Part shown: piece after piece, positions 54,816 to 64,000 of the stretch
Numbering within the stretch: the stretch's first letter is position 1
Layout: the number at the start of each line of letters is the position of its first letter
NCBI RefSeq assembly: GCF_009914755.1
Contig: NC_060929.1
Origin: the human T2T-CHM13v2.0 reference genome, Homo sapiens
Strand: one strand, 5' to 3'
DNA length: 64,000 bases
Notes under the pieces: model-generated
Databases searched by the model: none
What the model saw: only the letters and a program-made list of their open reading frames with translations
Told to the model about the DNA's origin: nothing
Made by a program: the position numbers and the translations under genes

Positions 54816-57800
54816 CATTTTGTCAAAATTTTCCACAAGATTGAAGCCTAGTTATTACAATAGTGACAAAAAGTCAACAGCAGAGTAACAGCAAGAAGTG
54901 ATTTAGGTAAAACTCCAAAACTCCATGATGTAAAGGTCAGGATCTGTCTTAGTTTCTCGTAAAGGTATGGTCATGTACCCGATTTATGGCAAGAGGAGCA
55001 CTTCAGAGGCAGGCCTTATATTCTTCTGCTGAAGACTCAAACTGGGTCCCAAGTAAGAAAGATTAGCTTCATCCAGTTTACTTAAATTTCTTGTCAATGA
55101 ATATGAGGACACAGTGCCCAGCCATTCAGTTTTTATGACCCATGGAAAAGTCATTCTGAAGAAAGCAATGGTTCCATGCAAGTTCATGAAATTGTAAAAT
55201 CTTTGCAAATTCTGCCCAAACTACAAGATAATGAATAAACAAATTAAACCAAGCATAGGAGAGCAACTGAATGCCTCAATTTGGATTCTGAATGTGTGTC
55301 TTATCCCAATTCCTACCCAAAGATGCAAATCAAAAGCTTGAGAGAAAAGGGCACTCAGTAACTGGCCTTGTGTGTGTCAGCTGGGGGCTGTCTAATAGAT
55401 GATGACAGCCTAACCCCCCTCCTGGACAGCATCATGACAGGTCTGGATACTTGAAATCATCAGCTTCCAGAGGTGAGGCTCCAAGCAGCTATTGCCAGGC
55501 ATGAGCAAAACACAGACTCATGTGCAGCAAGCAGCATGCTACACCCCAAGAGCGTCAACTGAATGGGACAGGGAAGGGGGTGAGTTGTGTTCAGATCCTG
55601 ATTCCCACACTAAGCTCGAATCTATCATAAGCAAGTACATACTTACTGCCAGCAGAGCTTTCAAGAGCGCTGTCAGAGAGTTTTGTTTTCCAGAGCTCTT
55701 CCCACCTGGACCTTCTGTCCTTGTTGGAACAGATTCTCTAACTCTCCATGGGATAAGGCAGGTCCTTATTCCAACCAGTCACAGCTGATTGCACTTCATC
55801 CCACAGTTCTACATGGAATATCTGAATAACAAACTTATGTTTAATTTAGTATTCTCATTCTAACTAGATTTGGTTTTATATACCTAGATTGGTTTGAAAA
55901 ATAGAGTAGTCTTACCTTAAATCTGAGTATGATCTAAGAATGTGCTAACATTCCTTGTCCAAATATCAATTTCCTGCCATGCTTAAAGTTGGATCTGTTT
56001 CCAAAATCCCTTGTAAATTTAAATTATTTAGTACATTTATTGATTAAAACATTAAAGCATGTATTGACATTTAATATGAATGAGTTTACGTGTTATACCA
56101 CCAAATAGGTAGCATATTCATTCAAGAGAGAAACAGAAAATTAAATAACTTTTGCACCTGCACAGCACTTGGAGAAGGGCCAGTGACTTTCCTTACTCCT
56201 TACCTGAACCCATGTGACCACCATCTGCATTCTCTGCTTTATTCTGGGTTCTGGAATCAATCTCCTTCTTAGACAGGGTAACTGTTGTAAGCTACGCAGG
56301 CCAGTACTGAAGGGTCAGCATCAAATCACACTTGCTGTTAGTCCCACTCCAACCCAATCAAGTAAGCAGCCTTCCAAAAACTATACCCAGGCTGGATCCC
56401 ATACCCCTGACTGAATCTCTAGGTAAGCAATATGTCCTATGCCTTGATTCCTCTAGACTAGAAGCCCTGTCCTCTTCTTGCCAGTCACTTCCCCAGTTCC
56501 TGGGGACTCAGTTTTTCTACCATAAATCAGACCTCCTTGCAGCTCTTCAAATGCTTCCTCCCAGACACCTCATTGTTTGCTCCACCTCTCTGTCAGTATA
56601 ATCTTCTTACCTCTTTTAGACAGCCCGATGCCTCTGACTTGCTAAGAAACCACTTGCATCCACTTACCAATTACAATATGCTATAGGATATGTTTCATCC
56701 ACCTGGTTTACCTTTCTTGCTCCCCTAAAGGGTGGCCAGGGCCTGCCCTACCTATGGCTGTGAACTCTGCCTTTCCTGGCCACTTCACTACATACAGCTC
56801 ATTTTGTATATAGCAGGTACTCACCAATGGCATTTGTTTGTTTTGTTTTGGTATCTTGAAATAATTAGTTGAAAATGAGAAAATGGTCATCTCATTCTTA
56901 GCCCGAATGTGCAGTATTTCCAAATACCTGAAGCCAAGCATTATTTTCCTTTTCAGACAACAGAAAAACATATTAGTTAATTTCTTGTGCCAACACTAAA
57001 TTTTCCCATCATGCAGATCAGCATTCTTAAGCTTTGCCACTGAAAAAGCCTTTGCTTCAGAGGACATTATTCCTGTGTCAGACTTGCTTCCCGACATGCT
57101 GAAAGTCCCTTTGAATTCAAATGTTTTATCCTAAAAATAAAGATTTAGTTTCTACCTCATAATATATACTTTTTTGCATTTTAAAATACTTAATTACTTA
57201 CCCTCAAGTAGAGTTGTAGCTACTTCAAGAATGTGGATTCCATTTATTCTGTGGTTTCATACATCCCTTCATACATATTTCTGTTTCCACAGCATGTACT
57301 CATGCCTTAGGCTGATAATCCCTGTAGAATGAGATTAATATTCTTTTCAGAAGAAAATCTTATGATCTATTGGAATGAACATAAATATAATTGACAAAGT
57401 CTGCCTCCTTTTGCCTCCTTAAAAAAAATAGCATATTTTCTCTTACTCCATGTCCTCTATGAAACAGGACAGTTATATTTCCCTAAGAATGCTATGAAGT
57501 TGAAAAGCTTCCTTCTGTTGAAGTTTCTAAAGGAAAATAGCTATTCTTGGCTACCTCAAATAAAATGAAATATGTGATGTTATTTTTATTCCTAACTTTA
57601 CTGAAAACGCATTAAATCCATGTACTAATTTTGGACCTACATCCCTATCTATAATTAGTAGTAGTAATATCAATACAGGCTTTTTAAAGCTTTTTAAAAA
57701 TATTTAATCTTTGGCTCCTACCTTACAGAGGAAAAAAATTTAAACATGATATATTTGAAGTAAAAGTCAACTTTACTGACAGATTAAAACACTTTTTGAA

Positions 57801-58123
57801 GCCCATTAATTAGAAAATTTTTATGTCAATTAAGATCTTTGAACAGATAATATAGTCCAAAAATGTTACTTTAATGGGAATTTGATGAACCTTTACACAG
57901 AAGACTTAAAACAAAACAAATGTCAATTGCTCTGGGAGTGTAGTTCTTTAAAAATGAATAGACAATTTCTATTACACAGTAAAGTTTTACAAAACTGTAG
58001 CATGAAAAGAAGTATTACAATTTGGTGGAGTGGGAAGAAAGGCAGGCTAGCAATCAGAATGTCACATTTCACAATTCAAGAGATCATAGTCCTGGAGATT
58101 CCTCCAGTCCTTGTTGGCCTTAC

Positions 58124-58151
58124 CATGTCCTTGAGCACTGGATATAACCCT
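58124..58151 (-). other. Candidate spliced micro-exon (26-28 nt) of an unidentified minus-strand transcript
   Basis: Minus strand: 27-nt pure pyrimidine tract, then gcaaAG, then AGGGTTATATCCAGTGCTCAAGGACATG, then the donor GTAAGG; it lies in repeat-free sequence. Confidence 0.35.
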
Positions 58152-59989
58152 CTTTGCAGGAAAAGGAGAAGAGAGAAAAAAAGGCCTCTTTGAAAAGCAG
58201 TAGTAAAGGAGTCCCTGGAGTATTTCTGAGCTCTTGAAACAAGCTTCATGGCAACAGCTTGATTCTGCTTCGTGCTTCGGTGAAGGATGCTGAAATAGGA
58301 ATTGGGAGTGAAGCACTGAACTATTTGCAAGTTCATGTTAAAATATGATTTCCCGGTTCAAGAATAAAATTGATTCAGAATTAAATCAAAATAGTGATTT
58401 AAAGGTTCCCTACAAAAGAACTCGGTGCATTAAATAAGCACCAACCACCTTTGTTCTTACAAGTAGTCTCATGCAGGAAGATGTAGAGAAGATTCCATCA
58501 TCTCCAATGTTGGAGAGAGAAAAATGTCTGCAGAATACAGTATCTCACCAATGGTCATAATACCGATGTCATTAAAAGTTACATATGGAAATTTCTTCTC
58601 AGGTCAGTATCCAATCATCCATATTATACCACTTACAGTTTATTTTTAAATTTTAATAAATCAGTATAATGCCTTCTTTACTGTTATAAAATTCCTTTCT
58701 CATTCCAAAGTACATACCCTAAAAACAAACAAGCCTGAAAAACAGACAATGGGGTGAGTGGCGGGGGGGGAATGTATAATGTATAAAATAGTATAAATTT
58801 CTTTGTGTCAAATATTTCATACAGATACTACCTGTATCTGTCTTTAGGCACTTTTAATGTGTGGCTCTGTGTTCTCTTATTCACTTCTCAGTTCCCATCA
58901 ATTGTAAGACACAGCAACTTAACAACACCTTTTGGGGGAATGGATACACAATTAAATTTAAAACTAACTGATAAATACTAAACAACTAGTAACCCTTTTA
59001 TTCTTCAGTATCAAGATCAGTTCGATCAGTAATAAAACTCCTAATGTGAAAATGAACAGAAAACCATTCATAAAGAGCAGTGTGGATATTTTATATATAA
59101 ATTAGCTCTGTCTCACTTATAATAAAAATAAATCTAGAAGATGCGTTTTACATTTAAAAAGTCAGTTTGAGTAGAAATGCCCTTCCATTTCAAAAGTCTA
59201 AAGATTCTTCATCATCACTTTTGGCCATCATACCATCATGATGCCACACTTTTTAAGCCATACTTTCAAATCTTTTTCTATATAGCAACTTTAGTATTGA
59301 TAGTATAATTCCAAGTGTTTACTCTGCGCTTCTTATGTGATCACAATTGTTGGGTTTTTTTAATTTCCTTATTGAATTAGTTACTAAAAGTCAAACAACT
59401 TCTCTTGACTGTCACCTGGAAGCTGATGATGATGGTGGATATTCAGTGACAGCTCTTCATAAAATATGAATTGTTCCTGAAAACTGTCCTAGCTTGTGAT
59501 TAAAAAAAAAAAAGAAGAAGCTTTATCCACAAGTGGTAATTTCCACCACCTAATTCTATTGCCTGGGATTGGACAGTCATCTGCATTCATGTTCTTATTC
59601 AGTGCTACACCATGGTATGACATTTTCAAAGGTATTTACATGGCACATGGTGTTATAAGTACCAGTAACATAGCTGAGGGACCATAAAATTAACTGATAC
59701 CTTCTGTGCATGAAAAAGTTCATATATTCACAGAAAATGTGCCCTAAGTTTTAGTCCTCTTATTGTTAGCTAGGTAATTTATTTTGATATTAATAAAATA
59801 TAATAGAAAGTCTCAGTTCCAGGAACTACTCTGAAACATAGACCTAAGAGGAATTCACAGGGGCATTACACAAAGTGACAGCATTTTGCTAATGGACTGT
59901 TAGCCATAGATACCCTCTACGGAAGACTGACTGGCCTCTATCTGGCAAAGTTTTTCTTGTTGTTGTTTGTTTGTTTGTTTTTTAGGGGG

Positions 59990-60643
59990 TGCAATAGACG
60001 GATTTCTAAGGCAGCCTCTTAAAAATGCCCTGCCCTACCCCCCAGAAACTGTGACTACAGGATATCACACACGAGTATGTTTGTTACATGACAAAAGGGA
60101 CTTTGCAGATGTAATGAAGGCCACTTGTCAGTTGACTTTAAGATGGGAAGATTATACTGGTTTATCTTGGTAGGCACAATATAATCACATGAGCCCTTAA
60201 AACCAGACAACGTTTTCTGGCTTATGACAGGGAGGAAGGCAAAGGGAAAGTCAGAAAGAGTCAGAGCAGAGGAAGAATTCAGTGTAACACTGCTGGATGA
60301 AAGATGGAGGGGGCCACATGAGAAGGGACTCAGGGGGCCCTTGTAGCAGACAGTGGACCCTAGCTGACAGCCAGTAAGGAAATGGGAATCTCAGTTCCAC
60401 ACTGCAAAAAAAAAAAAAAAAAAAAGATTCTGCCAACAATCTGAATAGGCTTGGAAACTGATTCATCCCCAGAACCTCTCAGAAAGAGTCCAGCCTGACG
60501 GAAACCTTGATCTGGCCCTTGGGAGACCCTGAGCAGAGAACCCTATTAAACCTACAAAGATTCTGACATACAGAACTGTGGGTGTTGTTTTAAGCCAGAG
60601 TGTTTGTGATCATTTGTTGCCGCAGCAGGAGGAAACTAGCACA
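59990..60643 (+). mobile_element. MLT1E-type solo LTR
   Basis: ttacatgacaaaagggactttgcagatgtaatgaagg..taatcacatgagcccttaaaa..ctagctgacagccagtaaggaaatggg..gagaccctgagcagagaaccc..ttttaagcca..ggaaactagcaca. Confidence 0.87.
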
Positions 60644-61111
60644 GGCAGACTGCACATGGAGCAGGAGGAGAGGATGGAGACTGTAGTCCAGACAGCCTGA
60701 AAAGATAGTGTAGTCCAGTTGATCGAGGGGATGATTGGTGTCCTAGCTGTTTCACCTCTACCTACCAGACATAGAGGTAACAACATAACCTGTGAGATAT
60801 GCATGTGAACCATCAGAGTATAGCTATCTATATATATAATTAAGGTTTTGTAGGGTTTCTCTTTTTAGGAAAGAAGTATAAGCAGTTGTTCTTACAAATC
60901 CGAATTTTAAGTGATATTATTTTTTAAAAAGAATTATTCCTCATCTAGAACTTCAGAAGTCAAAAAACCTTAAGATCCACATCAAAATGGTTTTAACGGT
61001 GTTTTTGCCTAACTCAGTAAACATAAAATTCAACATATCATACATCATGCCAGGCATTTTCCCACTTTCTCAATGATTTCTGTCGATTCAGTTTACTCAT
61101 ACCTACATTTT

Positions 61112-61203
61112 TCACCCAAAACAACTATTCCCTTTTCTAAAAGAGTGGACATCTGCTCACCTCAAAAACAACTATTCCCTTTTCTAAAAGAGGGGACATC
61201 TGT
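61112..61203 (+). repeat. Two-copy tandem duplication, period ~47 bp
   Basis: aaaacaactattcccttttctaaaagag[t/g]ggacatctg at 61118-61155 and 61165-61202 (37/38 identical). Confidence 0.92.
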
Positions 61204-61204
61204 T

Positions 61205-61335
61205 CTTATTCAACCAGTATTGATTAAATGACCCTATTAGATGCCAAAACATTCTACTATTAATAAAAACTGATCGAAGCTGAACAAGATATAATCCCTT
61301 CTTTCAAGGAGATTCAAGAGATCTAGTATGGAGGA
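61205..61335 (-). mobile_element. LINE-2 3' end
   Basis: ttattcaaccagtattgattaaatgaccctattagatgcca..tgaacaagatataatcccttctttcaagga. Confidence 0.6.
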
Positions 61336-62319
61336 CGTAAAACAAGAAAATATTCACTTACTAAGCTATCACAGGTCTAAAGAAGAAACCTAGAAACTGG
61401 AAACTGGATGATAAATAACTTGTGGAGGTTTAAAGTGTCACAGTGCAGAGACAGAATGTGAAGCCTTGTCATAGCTGTATATTTAAGTTTTTAGTTCACC
61501 TTTAAAACTTTTCTCTAGATATACAAATCATGACAGATGTGATGAATAAATTCCACAAGTGAAAAACACAGGTGAGGAAAATACCAAGTGTTATAATTTC
61601 ATCTATACACAGCTCAGTCTAATCAAGAGACAAAATGGTCAGAAAGCATTTGATCTGTTTTTTTTTCTTGATATTATTAGTTCTATAGCTAATACAATGT
61701 TTTCAGAGCTGGGGTTTATTTTTCTGACTTGTGTTATTAATTTGTTAGTATAAATTTGCACCTGTCAACACAGATTTACAGCAATGGAACTACCTACCAC
61801 AAACATTATAGGCTTCAAGGACACTCAGTTAAGAGCTTGAAACACTTAAATTGCTTTAACACTTGCTACTATATTTCAGTTTTACTTATATGAAAACATA
61901 AATAGCTAGAGTCCTGATAGAAGAAAAAATTATTTTGGTAATACTTCTGATTTTCCTCCCGATTTTTCTTTCGAATTCCAAGGTTATTTTCATCTGTGAA
62001 TCACTGCTTCCAAAACCAAATAATGATGATAGTAACTCTGCCCACATGGGGATATGGCAGGAAACAGGGCTAAATTTCACTTCCTACCATAGAGCAGTTC
62101 AAACGCAAAAACATTTGTATGCTTTGAAGTCATACCAACTCAGATCCTTTGCAGAATTTTTTTAGTAAATGCACTAAAAAGGGAAAATTTAAAAGGGGAT
62201 TCATGTGCTTGGAATTGAACTGTGACATTAACTGAAAATATGAAATGATTCCTGCCCACAAGAAGTATTCAAGGTAGTTGACAGTAGAACAATACACTGA
62301 GTTTGACTGTAGGGACTAC

Positions 62320-63260
62320 CTTCCATTCCCACTGCTCCTCATCTAATCCAGGCCTTCATCATCTCTTGCCAGGACAACTGCAAAAGTCTCTCAACTGCCC
62401 ACCTGTCTACTACTCAAACACCTTTCAAATAGTATCCATCCCTGCTGTATACAGACTTAATCAAAATTCTTTGTTTGGATTATATTGCTTCCCTGATTAA
62501 AAGCATTTGATGGCATAGAAATGAATAAAATTCAAACTCAGTAAGCACTAAAGAAACCTATTTCCTGCCTTCTTCCCAACTCTCTCTCTCTCTAGCCTCT
62601 TCTCTTTAACCCCCTAGTCCTGCCATTTTAATGCATGATCCAACCAATCTTAGCTTTTTTGCCTTTATGCACCACACCTGGCTGTTTCATACCTCCAGTG
62701 CCTTCTTGTTGCCTGGAGTGTTTTCTCTTCCACTCCCACACACTCTTACCCCAGTCTCCACAGGTAGAAGAGACCATCTCCTCCTTTGTGTTGCCTCGGT
62801 ATCCTCCATAGACTTCCTTCCATCAGACCTTTGTCATCCAGGCTGGAGTGCAGTGGTGCCATCACAGCTCAGAGTAATCTCAAACTTCTGGGCTCAAGTG
62901 ATCCTCCCGTCTCGGCCTCCTGAGTAGTTGGGACTACAGGCATGCACCACCACTATGTTTGGCTAATTGTTTCATCTGTTAAAATCTGTTGAGCAAACAA
63001 GGTCTCACTATGTTATCCAGGCTATTCTTGAACTCCTAGGCATAAGTGATTCTCCTACCTCTGCCTCCTAAATTGCTAGGATTATAGGCGTGAGCCACTA
63101 TGCCCCGCCACCATCAGACCTCTTATAATGGATTTGGAGATACCTTTCTTTTCAGGTCTATACTCTATATTAACCTACAATAAGGCAGGGGTCATGTCTT
63201 CTTCTTTGTATCTCTCAGAACTGTCTAACTGTCTTCAAGGACATTAAAACATTGCTAGAA
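62320..63260 (+). mobile_element. LINE-2 fragment, interrupted by AluJ
   Basis: ttccattcccactgct..ccaggccttcatcatctcttgccaggacaactgcaaaagtctc..gcttccctgattaaaa..ggcaggggtcatgtctt. Confidence 0.7.
62831..63110 (-). mobile_element. AluJ lacking its poly-A tail
   Basis: AluJ diagnostics gggctcaagtgatcctcc and ggtctcactatgttatccaggct; flanking direct repeat ccatcagacct (62820-62830, 63111-63121). Confidence 0.9.
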
Positions 63261-63384
63261 ATAGAAAACCCATATATGAAACAACTACAAATACAAACAA
63301 ACAGTATAAAAAGAAATGTTAAAGTATATGTATCATGCTCTGTCCACATTGAAAGTTCTATGAAGTCACAAGGTATGGTAGAAA

Positions 63385-63560
63385 GAGTTTTAGTGTTAGA
63401 CAGACGTGAATTCACATCCTGACTCTTCCACCTCCCAGGTGTGTGAGCATACATACCTCAGCTAATTTCCCAATAGTGCCCACCTCACTGAGTAGCTGTG
63501 TAAACATTAGATGAGATGTGACAATCCATCACAGTAGTTGCTAAGAAAATACCTATTCTC
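63385..63560 (+). mobile_element. MIR fragment
   Basis: gttagacagacgtgaattcacatcctgactcttccac..cacctcactgagtagctgtgtaaacattagatgagat. Confidence 0.6.
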
Positions 63561-64000
63561 ATACCACTTCACTGAGAAGGGAGAGTGACTATATGTACCA
63601 AATTACTCAAGTATAACTGCTTAAAGTAGGTGAGATTTGAGCTTGACCTTGAATAGAAAGAAGAATTTGGACAGATAGATTTTTATACAAACTGCCATCC
63701 ATATGGAGAAATCACTGTAAAGAAGGCAGCTGACCTGCTTAAAACTCTTCCCAGATGTACCTAAGACCCAGCTTTCAGATGCTCTATCACTCCCACAACT
63801 CATCTCTCAGAGCAATGTGAGAGTCATTATACATGAACGCAATCCAGCTTCAAAACTCCTTCGTAAATTAGAGAGAAAATGTAAAATAGTAGTAATGGTA
63901 TTTAGAAAAGATTCATTATTTAATGAAAGAATGTTCCTAAAAATGATATTGAGCTGTTCACTTGTTTGCACAGAAGTACACATTAGACTAACAGACATCA

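Noticed and set aside
58821-58841. 8-bp-stem hairpin acagatac-tacct-gtatctgt
   Set aside because: Stems of this length are expected several times by chance in 64 kb.
55456-59429. 14-bp inverted match tcatcagcttccag / ctggaagctgatga about 4 kb apart
   Set aside because: Several 14-mer matches are expected by chance in a 64-kb self-comparison.
59420-59482. C/D-box snoRNA-like arrangement (atgatga ... ctga)
   Set aside because: No terminal stem and no recognisable rRNA or snRNA guide sequence; the motifs are short enough to occur by chance.

Overview
This is primate genomic DNA, most likely human or great ape given the AluY and L1PA3-5 copies. It is AT-rich, CpG-depleted and dominated by transposable-element relics, as expected of a large intron or gene desert. 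I could not identify any cellular protein-coding gene, tRNA, rRNA or CRISPR array; the long ORFs come from L1 ORF1/ORF2/ORF0, THE1-internal, Alu or simple-repeat sequence. The main structures are: a near-full-length L1PB-type element (~12.9-20.3 kb, +) inside an old MLT1 LTR and itself carrying a complete THE1A provirus; a 5'-truncated L1PA (28.9-30.5 kb, +) facing a 3'-truncated L1PA with an intact 5'UTR and intact ORF0 (32.3-37.4 kb, -); an L1MA (49.0-52.6 kb, -) with nested Alu and MSTB and a terminal inversion; a ~950 bp TA-rich tract; and many solo LTRs, Alus, MIR/L2 pieces and DNA-transposon fossils. I found no support for a novel multi-gene system. The best leads are small: a 30-bp templated insertion inside an Alu that matches sequence 2.2 kb away, the intact ORF0 within a 220-codon open frame, three intact DUX4 motifs in THE1 LTRs, a candidate minus-strand micro-exon ending in ATG, two recent tandem duplications and several inverted-repeat structures. 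Subfamily names come from my recall of consensus sequences and need RepeatMasker/Dfam confirmation.
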